Part shown: positions 16,942-23,372 of the stretch, one piece after another
How the letters are laid out: every line of letters begins with the position of its first letter
How positions within the stretch are numbered: the stretch's first letter is position 1
Virus record (IMG/VR): IMGVR_UViG_3300027791_000001
Location: 1-36,331 of that record
Source: a virus
Reading direction: 5' to 3' (one strand)
Length of the DNA: 36,331 nt
Translations under genes and position numbers: made by a program
The notes under the pieces: generated by a model
Seen by the model: the letters and a program-made list of their open reading frames with translations, nothing else
What the model was told of the DNA's origin: nothing
The model's database searches: none

Positions 16942-17154
16942 ATGAATAGATCAGAACTAATCGAAGAACTAAAAAAACTAAACGACAAACTACTATGGAA
17001 GAAAGACAAAGCACGACAGACTATTATGGAACTCGACGGATCAGCATCGTTAAGCAAGCGAGAGCTACAGAGACAGCAGACTTTGATCTCGAAAAGATCA
17101 TCGAATGGATCAGAGACGGAAGCGGACGATTCGCAAAGAACGTCACAGCAGTAA
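16942..17154 (+). CDS. Upstream ORF overlapping the primase-helicase start; possible zero-frame part of a -1 frameshift product
   Basis: Carries the only canonical SD in the genome (AAGGAGG at 16931-16937, 4 nt before the ATG). Coiled-coil-like N-terminus MNRSELIEELKKLNDKLL. Overlaps 16995..18992 by 160 nt. Confidence 0.35.
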   Translation: MNRSELIEELKKLNDKLLWKKDKARQTIMELDGSASLSKRELQRQQTLISKRSSNGSETEADDSQRTSQQ

Positions 17155-18992
17155 GAGAGGCGACAGAAGCCGGAGATCTAGATCGAGCCTCCGAGCTAAA
17201 GAGAGATCTGCCTGCAGTCATGTTCTGCGGTCAATTCTCTCGCAGATCGAGCAAGGATATCACTAGCCATTCTGGGATGATCTGCATGGATGTCGATAAG
17301 ATCGAGTCTCCGGCGAAGAAGGTAGACGAGATGAGGTTCGATCCTCACGTGATCGCAGCGTTCGTCTCTCCTTCCGGCAACGGACTCAAAGCTATCTTCG
17401 CTATTCCTAACAGCATCGAGAAGCATCGCGACGCCTTCGAGTCTGCCAGACGCTATCTCTCGACATACGGACTCGAAGCGGACGAGAGCGGCAAGGATCT
17501 GTCTCGGCTATGCTTCCTGTCGCACGATCCAGAGATTCACTACGCTCCAGACGCCGTAGAGCTTCCTGTCTATATCGAGGAGGATCAGTTCGTCGCCAAG
17601 ACAGAGCCTAAAGCTCCCACAGGCGATCGTATCGGCGATCGCTACGCCTCGTCTCCTAATGTTCGAGAGCGATCTGTAGCTATCCTACAGCGTCTAGGAT
17701 GGCAACTACAGCGAGGAGACAGCACTCGGACATATTGCACTCGTCCAGAGAAGCGAGGAGGCATATCCGGAGAGCTACGTTTCGACGGATCTTTCTTCTG
17801 CTACACAGACAGCGCATCTCCTCTAGATCCTATGCAGAACTACTCAGCTTTTGCTCTATACGCTACGGCAGAACATGGAGGAGATTTCAAGGAGGCGGCT
17901 ATATCTCTAGCAGAAGAGTTCGGAGACAACGAGCCTGCGGTAGACGGTCGCGACTTCTACAACAAGACTCAAGCGGTCGAGACACAGCAGATCGAAGTAG
18001 ACGAGAAGAAGGCGCAGGCGATCGGCAATATGCCGACGTGGACTCCTTTAGATGAGATCCCACACGATCTTAACAAGATAATCATGCAGAGATATCCCGT
18101 TCTTATCGAGGGTCTACTGCACAGAGGCACGAAGATGGTTCTGGGAGGAGGCTCGAAGTCTTACAAGACTTGGACGCTGCTGAACCTAGCCTTATCCGTA
18201 GCGAGCGGCAAAGACTGGTTCGGACATAAGGTCGTGAATACCGGACTCGACGTGATCTTTCTTAACTTCGAGGTTCCGCATGAGTTCTTTCTCGATCGCG
18301 CTCGGAGCGTCTGTAAGGCGATGAATGTAGATCCTCCTGCGAATCTAAAGGTCTGGAGTCTGCGAGGAATCTGCAACGACTTGAAGCTCATTCTAGAGAC
18401 TCTGCAGGAGCGTCTGACTAACGGATGCGCTCTGCTCTGTATCGATCCAATCTACAAGGCTATCGGAGATCGAGACGAGAACAGCGCAGGCGATATCGGC
18501 ATGCTCATGAATGAGGTCGAGGCTATCGTCGAGAAGACCGGAGCGGCTGTGGCTTTCGGAGCGCACTACTCGAAAGGAAACCAATCGGAGAAGGATCCTC
18601 TCGATCGAATAAGCGGCTCTGGCGTCTTCGCTCGCGATCCAGACACGATCATGGGACTCACAGCGCACGAGGAGAAGGACTGTTATACGGTTCACTCTGC
18701 GCTACGGAACTTTGCCGGCAAGGAGCCTTTTGTGGTCGAGTGGGACTTTCCTCTCTTTAGTCTTCGCGAAGATCTGGACGCTAAAAAGCTCAAGAGAGCA
18801 GGGCAAAAGATTAGCGCAGGAGAGATCCTCGCAGAGATCACTAGCGTGGGAGTCGATCCCAGAGATTTCGTTCCGAGCATGTCGGCGAAGCACGACGTCA
18901 GCGATCGAACCGTCTACCGGCTTCTGAAGAATCTCAGCGATAAGAGAAAGATCCACAAGACAGCAGGCAACTACTTCCCTACAGTTAAATGA
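16995..18992 (+). CDS. Primase-helicase (VirE_N/BT4734-like primase domain + RecA-fold AAA_25/RepA-like domain)
   Basis: LPAVMFCGQFSRRSSKDITSHSGMICMDVDK...FVSPSGNGLKAIF...LCFLSHDP (Prim-Pol-like VirE_N pattern). Then a P-loop LGGGSKSYKTWTLLNLALSVASG and Walker B-like LLCIDPIYK. Confidence 0.7.
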   Translation: MEERQSTTDYYGTRRISIVKQARATETADFDLEKIIEWIRDGSGRFAKNVTAVREATEAGDLDRASELKRDLPAVMFCGQFSRRSSKDITSHSGMICMDVDKIESPAKKVDEMRFDPHVIAAFVSPSGNGLKAIFAIPNSIEKHRDAFESARRYLSTYGLEADESGKDLSRLCFLSHDPEIHYAPDAVELPVYIEEDQFVAKTEPKAPTGDRIGDRYASSPNVRERSVAILQRLGWQLQRGDSTRTYCTRPEKRGGISGELRFDGSFFCYTDSASPLDPMQNYSAFALYATAEHGGDFKEAAISLAEEFGDNEPAVDGRDFYNKTQAVETQQIEVDEKKAQAIGNMPTWTPLDEIPHDLNKIIMQRYPVLIEGLLHRGTKMVLGGGSKSYKTWTLLNLALSVASGKDWFGHKVVNTGLDVIFLNFEVPHEFFLDRARSVCKAMNVDPPANLKVWSLRGICNDLKLILETLQERLTNGCALLCIDPIYKAIGDRDENSAGDIGMLMNEVEAIVEKTGAAVAFGAHYSKGNQSEKDPLDRISGSGVFARDPDTIMGLTAHEEKDCYTVHSALRNFAGKEPFVVEWDFPLFSLREDLDAKKLKRAGQKISAGEILAEITSVGVDPRDFVPSMSAKHDVSDRTVYRLLKNLSDKRKIHKTAGNYFPTVK

Positions 18993-19243
18993 AAATGAAA
19001 GAAGCAATCAAGATACAGCAGTTCCTAGAATCATGCGATCCGAAGGCTATACGATTCGACAACCTAGACGACGCCATCATCGGAGTCTCTCATTCTGGCT
19101 GTCTATGCTACAGCTATCCTAAGCTCGTAGGCATATTCAAGGAGAGAGATAAGATGACTGACGAGGAGGCTGTAGACTGGATCGACTACAACGTGATCGG
19201 CACGATGGGAGGCGAGGGCTTCATCATAGTCTTCGAGAACTAG
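18989..19243 (+). CDS. Hypothetical protein (84 aa)
   Basis: ATGA-coupled to the primase-helicase stop. Confidence 0.55.
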   Translation: MKMKEAIKIQQFLESCDPKAIRFDNLDDAIIGVSHSGCLCYSYPKLVGIFKERDKMTDEEAVDWIDYNVIGTMGGEGFIIVFEN

Positions 19244-19255
19244 CCAGAATCTAAT

Positions 19256-19264
19256 CCCCCCCCC
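19256..19264. repeat. Poly-C tract (C9) in an intergenic region
   Basis: aatctaatCCCCCCCCCtatgtag. Flanks resemble those of the C8 tract at 21924-21931. Confidence 0.9.
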
Positions 19265-19270
19265 TATGTA

Positions 19271-19297
19271 GCCTCTCGCGAAATCGAGGGGCTTTTT
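19271..19297 (+). terminator. Rho-independent terminator
   Basis: GCCTCTCG-cgaaat-CGAGGGGC (8-bp stem, one G.U) followed by TTTTT. Confidence 0.7.
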
Positions 19298-19311
19298 AGT
19301 ATCTAAAAGAA

Positions 19312-19415
19312 AGTGAATAAAATGTGAATATGCTATTGACATGCCTCTAATCGGTCTTTTGTATCTGTCATATCGAAGCGGTTCTCGCCTAGAGCAAACA
19401 CGAAAAAAACACGAC
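19312..19415 (+). promoter_or_regulatory. Conserved promoter + 5' leader cassette, copy 2
   Basis: GTGAA x2 spaced 11 bp apart, TTGACA at 19336-19341, 17 nt, TTGTAT, then CTGTCATATCGAAGCGGTTCTCGCCTAGAG...ACACGACATG. Confidence 0.55.
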
Positions 19416-19514
19416 ATGACAAACATCCTCGAAAAACTCACACGCTCCTACGCTCTACTATTCGCAGTTGCTATCGCCATCCCTTCTATCCTTCGCATCG
19501 TCGAAGCAGTCTAA
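19416..19514 (+). CDS. Very small hydrophobic peptide (32 aa), cassette cargo
   Basis: ATG sits at the position where all other cassettes start their cargo. MTNILEKLTRSYALLFAVAIAIPSILRIVEAV has one TM-like segment. Read by hand. Confidence 0.35.
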   Translation: MTNILEKLTRSYALLFAVAIAIPSILRIVEAV

Positions 19515-19533
19515 CCCAAAAACACTACACACT

Positions 19534-19755
19534 ATGCCTAATCTAACAGAACTAGAGAAGCTCGTAATCTCCACTATAAAACTTCATGGAGATGACTGGT
19601 ATGCTATTCCTCACATGCACTTTAATGATATATCAGAAATTTCTGATATCGATCCTAAAAAACTTCGAGGAGTAATAAGCTCACTTGAGCAAAAAGATAT
19701 AATCCAAGAAAGCGAGCTTCCGCACTGCATGGCATGGATGGTAGTTTCTCTCTAA
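19534..19755 (+). CDS. Hypothetical protein (73 aa), low-GC insert
   Basis: ATG follows the recurrent taacccaaaaacac..ATG leader. The track start at 19468 would overlap the preceding peptide. Confidence 0.5.
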   Translation: MPNLTELEKLVISTIKLHGDDWYAIPHMHFNDISEISDIDPKKLRGVISSLEQKDIIQESELPHCMAWMVVSL

Positions 19756-19770
19756 ATCTAACCACACAAA

Positions 19771-19797
19771 GTCTCGCTCGCACGACGCGGGCGAGAC
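19771..19797 (+). other. Intercistronic stem-loop without a U-tract (11-bp stem, 5-nt loop)
   Basis: GTCTCGCTCGC-acgac-GCGGGCGAGAC with one G.U pair, followed by gctaacccaaaaaaa. Confidence 0.45.
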
Positions 19798-19818
19798 GCT
19801 AACCCAAAAAAACGCACT

Positions 19819-20064
19819 ATGAAATTCATTAACGCAAAAAACATAAAGGAAACTGCTAAGGCATACGGCAAGCAGATTCACGACAAGGATCTACAGGTCT
19901 CTTCAGACTTCGTAGCTCAGATAAACGATCTCGTTCACGCGATCGTCATGACAAACGTAGCGAAGCAAGACAAGCTCGCCGGAACGCTACGCGCTACAGA
20001 CTGGGCGCATGATCGCCTAGAAGACGCCAACGAATTACTAGAAGGCGAGGTTCTAGGATCATGA
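19819..20064 (+). CDS. Hypothetical protein, possibly histone-fold/DUF1931-like
   Basis: LQVSSDFVAQINDLVHAIVMTNVAKQDKLAGTLRATDW resembles the RVS.D....(long helix)...A...GRKT..A.D pattern of archaeal histones and DUF1931. By eye only. Confidence 0.3.
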   Translation: MKFINAKNIKETAKAYGKQIHDKDLQVSSDFVAQINDLVHAIVMTNVAKQDKLAGTLRATDWAHDRLEDANELLEGEVLGS

Positions 20065-20264
20065 GCTTAACTTACAAAGCACAAGGAGAGTGTCTGCTAT
20101 TTAGCAATGGCAACTCATACGCAAAAGTCGCTACGGCTACCGGCTGGAAGTATAGCTTCCGAAGGGACTCAGATACGGCGCAGGAGTCTCGCGACATCGA
20201 GGAGGACACGTTGCATGCGGTAGCTGTAGCCTCCAAGCCTTCGAGCAACTGGCTAACCTTCTAA
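20061..20264 (+). CDS. Hypothetical protein (67 aa)
   Basis: ATGA-coupled ORF. Confidence 0.5.
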   Translation: MSLTYKAQGECLLFSNGNSYAKVATATGWKYSFRRDSDTAQESRDIEEDTLHAVAVASKPSSNWLTF

Positions 20265-20277
20265 CCCTAAGCAAACC

Positions 20278-20406
20278 ATGAAAATCAAAAAGCAACCCAA
20301 GCTCGTCAAGACAGAGAAACAACAGGAGAGCGCGTTCATCGTTTTCCTCTGCATCGCCACAGCATCGATACTACTGATCGCATCCATCATCGCGGAGAAC
20401 CTATAA
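20278..20406 (+). CDS. Small membrane protein (42 aa)
   Basis: Read by hand: MKIKKQPKLVKTEKQQESAFIVFLCIATASILLIASIIAENL, a basic N-terminus plus one TM. Fills the gap exactly. Confidence 0.4.
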   Translation: MKIKKQPKLVKTEKQQESAFIVFLCIATASILLIASIIAENL

Positions 20407-20408
20407 AT

Positions 20409-20555
20409 ATGAAAGAACAATACAAACTGAAAATGGTCTTAGGCGGGAACATCCGAGTCTATCTCGGATCGAAATATATCGGAACTTACTTCAGCTATGG
20501 CGACATGGAGAACGACATAAGCGATCTCGAAACTAGAGGGAGCTACTGGGGATGA
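20409..20555 (+). CDS. Small hypothetical protein (48 aa)
   Basis: Read by hand. Its stop overlaps the next start (ATGA at 20552-20555). Confidence 0.45.
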   Translation: MKEQYKLKMVLGGNIRVYLGSKYIGTYFSYGDMENDISDLETRGSYWG

Positions 20556-20773
20556 GGGAATATACTCGCATACTAGAGATCGACAACAGCGACGCCGTCG
20601 CCTGTCATGTCGTGGTCAAGTTCATGATCGACGGGGAAGCCTTCGCCGGCTTTAACTCGATCTGGTCGTCGGAGCCTATAATGGATGACGACCTAGCTCA
20701 TCTGCAGGAATGGATCATGCTCGACAAGAGCAAATGGCAAGAGCGGACATTAGAAGGCTCTGACAGCGTCTAG
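20552..20773 (+). CDS. Hypothetical protein (73 aa)
   Basis: ATGA-coupled. Last gene before the large non-coding region. Confidence 0.55.
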   Translation: MREYTRILEIDNSDAVACHVVVKFMIDGEAFAGFNSIWSSEPIMDDDLAHLQEWIMLDKSKWQERTLEGSDSV

Positions 20774-20848
20774 GAGTTCCTTTAGATATCTACGAGACAC
20801 GAGACGCCTCTAGAGGTATGCAGGCTCTCCTGTAGGCTCTCAGAGCTT

Positions 20849-21137
20849 TTGACACTATTGACACGACTATTGACGCTGTCAAAAGTGGTCTGTCGGCAGG
20901 AGACCTTTTGACACGCTCTGTCATTTTTAATTCTCGGATCCTCAGCGACTTAGGATTTATTGACACGGCTATTGACAGGCGTTGTCATTTTTGCCGCCAC
21001 CTATATAGTAATAGCAATACTATTATAGTTGTAGTAGCTCGCATTCGTGACATCGCCATCGCAGAAGCGAGGCGGCTGTCACTTCGCGAGCAGCTCTGGA
21101 TGTTTGAATGTTTGTCACTATCAGCAATTTGACATTC
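20849..21137. promoter_or_regulatory. Iteron / inverted-repeat cluster with an AT-rich core: putative replication origin or regulatory hub
   Basis: TTGACAC at 20849, 20858, 20908, 20960; TTGACGC at 20870 (palindrome TTGACgctGTCAA); TTGACAG at 20972. The TATTGACACG(A/G)CTATTGAC pair recurs 102 bp apart. GTGACA/TGTCAC dyad at 21047/21076 and TGTCAC..TTGACA at 21112/21128. The first 30 nt of 21001-21040 contain 6 G+C. Confidence 0.5.
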
Positions 21138-21163
21138 AGAGGAATCGAATCGATACTCTTGTC

Positions 21164-21433
21164 ATGGATGAAAATAACGAACTCAAGGCTCTCCGATTTA
21201 TTCGAGAGATTAACATTGCGATACGCGAGCTAGAAAACCAATCGTCGGCGACGAGCAAGCGATATAAGAAAGGCGTCAAGATGCTTCAGAGAGAGATATG
21301 CTCTATCGAGGCTCTGCTTGACGATGGAGCTATCATCGAAGGCACAGAGCCTTGGGTCATTCTGAGCCAGCAGCTTAGGTCTCTGATCTTCAACCCTACT
21401 CTCTCGAACATCGAAGAAGATAACTCTATCTAG
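21164..21433 (+). CDS. Hypothetical coiled-coil protein (89 aa)
   Basis: First ATG after the repeat cluster; the track start at 21047 lies inside the repeats. Contains MDENNELKALRFIREINIAIRELENQ. Confidence 0.45.
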   Translation: MDENNELKALRFIREINIAIRELENQSSATSKRYKKGVKMLQREICSIEALLDDGAIIEGTEPWVILSQQLRSLIFNPTLSNIEEDNSI

Positions 21434-21434
21434 C

Positions 21435-21878
21435 ATGAAGACATGTCGGATCATAGAGGGCTTAGACTATCCCCAGTCTAAGGCAGAAGATCCTGCCCCC
21501 CATCATGCTATCACATGCGAGATCATAGCTAGGGTTCAACAATTAGACTCACTACTAGCGGGGGAGGGGTGCGCCTCCGGAGGTGTTCGCCTCCTCCACC
21601 GATTATCTACAATCGCGAGAAGATCACCACGCGCCTACCGCCTACTACTGGACATGCTCTCCTCTCAGAGAAGCCTATCCGAATCCTTCGAGGCTTTAGC
21701 ATCGAAGCGCGAGCATTCACGACAATCATGGCTACAGAACGCGCAGGCAGACGTAGAGATCGTGACTGAAGTATGGGAAGAAGTAGGACTGGTAATGTCT
21801 GAACTAATAAAGCGTAGGTCGATCGAGGAATTGAACCGCAAGACTGACGAACCGCTAGAACTAGGTAGAACTAGATAG
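21435..21878 (+). CDS. Hypothetical protein (147 aa); position compatible with a late-gene regulator
   Basis: ORF starts 2 nt after the upstream stop, directly upstream of the packaging module. No motif recognised. Confidence 0.5.
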   Translation: MKTCRIIEGLDYPQSKAEDPAPHHAITCEIIARVQQLDSLLAGEGCASGGVRLLHRLSTIARRSPRAYRLLLDMLSSQRSLSESFEALASKREHSRQSWLQNAQADVEIVTEVWEEVGLVMSELIKRRSIEELNRKTDEPLELGRTR

Positions 21879-21895
21879 AACTAGATAGAACTGGG
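21856..21895. repeat. 4 x 10-bp tandem repeat TAGAACTAG(G/A) (last unit TAGAACTGGG)
   Basis: tagaactagg tagaactaga tagaactaga tagaactggg, a one-helical-turn period. Overlaps the stop codon of 21435..21878 and lies 130 bp upstream of terS. Confidence 0.9.
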
Positions 21896-21923
21896 ACTCT
21901 GTCGCAGCTTAAAAATTTAATTG

Positions 21924-21931
21924 CCCCCCCC
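21924..21931. repeat. Poly-C tract (C8) upstream of terS
   Basis: aatttaattgCCCCCCCCttatttag. Confidence 0.9.
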
Positions 21932-22025
21932 TTATTTAGTTACTCCTAGCCAAAAAACCTTTTGCAAGTCGCGCTCGAACCTCTGCGTTTTTACGAGTTT
22001 TTGAATCGATAGCCAATTGAAGAAG

Positions 22026-22532
22026 ATGAAGACTCTAAAAATTAAAACGTGGAAGCAGATCGCCGAGGCTCTGGGAGTCACTCAGCCGACGCTCTCGAAG
22101 TGGAGGCGCGAGTCTGACAACTGTCCGCAAACTAAGGATCTCGAAGCATGGAAACTCTGGTCTGCTAATCGTGCAATGTCTCAAGAGAAGGGCGCAGGAC
22201 GCATCGCGGTCTCCGGTCGAGAATACACGGCGGCAGACATCGCAGATCTAAAGGCAAAGCTCATCGCCGCGCAGGAGCGTCGAGAGAATGCTATGGGACA
22301 GATCAGAGAGCTAGAGCTAGCTCAGAAGCGCGACAACTTAATCCCAGAGTCGGAGGCGACCGAGGCTCTCATCAAACTTTTGACTCCCCTAAGACGCTTA
22401 CTAGACGCTCTGCCTCGACAAGTCGCGGCGCAAGCTAATCCTGCTAACCCCAATATCGCAGAGCTTGCAGTTCGCAACGGACTTGACGAAAGAGTCTTTA
22501 GTGAGATAGAAAAATTGTTTCTCGGCAGGTAG
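22026..22532 (+). CDS. terS: Terminase small subunit (Nu1-like: N-terminal HTH + coiled coil)
   Basis: WKQIAEALGVTQPTLSKWRRE HTH, then DLKAKLIAAQERRENAMGQIRELELAQKRDNLIPESEA, typical of Nu1-type small terminases. Lies upstream of the GpA-type terL. First ATG at 22026 (TTG at 22017). Confidence 0.55.
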   Translation: MKTLKIKTWKQIAEALGVTQPTLSKWRRESDNCPQTKDLEAWKLWSANRAMSQEKGAGRIAVSGREYTAADIADLKAKLIAAQERRENAMGQIRELELAQKRDNLIPESEATEALIKLLTPLRRLLDALPRQVAAQANPANPNIAELAVRNGLDERVFSEIEKLFLGR

Positions 22533-22607
22533 ACTGAGCTATTAAGACGCCAGTCGGTTTAGTCGTGTTTACCGTATTATTCGCCTGTCGAGAAACTCTA
22601 CTTATAT

Positions 22608-23372
22608 ATGAACAAGATGTCACTCAACTCCAAAGGCTTCGACAGCATGCTGCGAACCTTGAAGAAGAGGACAGGGGCTAGCTTCGAGGACGTGCTAAAA
22701 GCTACTACCGGATCTATCCTAGAGGGAGCCGCTCGAAAGACGGGGAAGTCTAAGCCTGCCATCATCACGGCGGCAGTAAAGAAGTCGCTCTCCACTCGCT
22801 TCGTCTCTTCTGCCGGAGACAAGATACGGAAAGCTAGAGACGGGTCTTTGATCTTTAAGCCAAGAGGGACAGGCGCAGGCAGATGGATTAGGATCCGAAG
22901 CGACTACGCTCTCAACGCAATCAGCGCGAAGAATCCTTCCGGTCGGACTTTAGCGGCTAAGTTCAAGGGCAGAGTCAATAAGGCTCTGGGCGAGCTTAGA
23001 AGACTGCAGGCTAAGATCATTAAGGATAAGAAGACAAGGATCGCGGCATCACAGAAGAGCTTTCTAGAGATCATGAAGAAGCTAAAGATCCCCATCAAGT
23101 CTACTCGCGGACTAGGAGCTGCAATGAAAGCGAAGATCGGCGGTAATCACGCGCAAGCCGTGTCTGGAAGGATCTACAAAAACAAGGATGACGCCGCAAT
23201 CCTCATAAAGAGTCGATCTCAGTCTGCACTTAATCATAGAGCGGGAGGCATTCGAGCCTTCGCCGCCGCCTTTAACGGTCAAACTAAAGCCTTTGCGACT
23301 GCGGCGGCTAAGGATCTAGAGGCTTATGCAAAAAAATTCGCGACAAAAAATGGCTTCGCTGTTAAAAAATGA
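22608..23372 (+). CDS. Highly basic Lys/Ala-rich protein (254 aa) between terS and terL
   Basis: Long ORF, very K/R/A-rich. No motif recognised. Confidence 0.55.
   Translation: MNKMSLNSKGFDSMLRTLKKRTGASFEDVLKATTGSILEGAARKTGKSKPAIITAAVKKSLSTRFVSSAGDKIRKARDGSLIFKPRGTGAGRWIRIRSDYALNAISAKNPSGRTLAAKFKGRVNKALGELRRLQAKIIKDKKTRIAASQKSFLEIMKKLKIPIKSTRGLGAAMKAKIGGNHAQAVSGRIYKNKDDAAILIKSRSQSALNHRAGGIRAFAAAFNGQTKAFATAAAKDLEAYAKKFATKNGFAVKK

Noticed and set aside
17699-18055. Arg-rich + strand ORFs in alternative frames of real genes (17699..18055, 11313..11519, 13585..13794, 12098..12322, 12922..13122, 25338..25559, 28124..28327, 21569..21769, 10923..11237)
   Set aside because: All are embedded in longer ORFs with recognisable domains or better start contexts. 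Their compositions (Arg/Ser/Cys-rich) are typical of off-frame translation of GC-richer coding DNA.
20908-21163. Track ORFs 20908..21132 and the 21047 start of the 21047..21433 ORF
   Set aside because: They run through the iteron and AT-rich region, begin at non-ATG or poorly placed codons, and translate to Cys/Arg/Ile-rich sequences dictated by the repeats. The first plausible start is ATG 21164.
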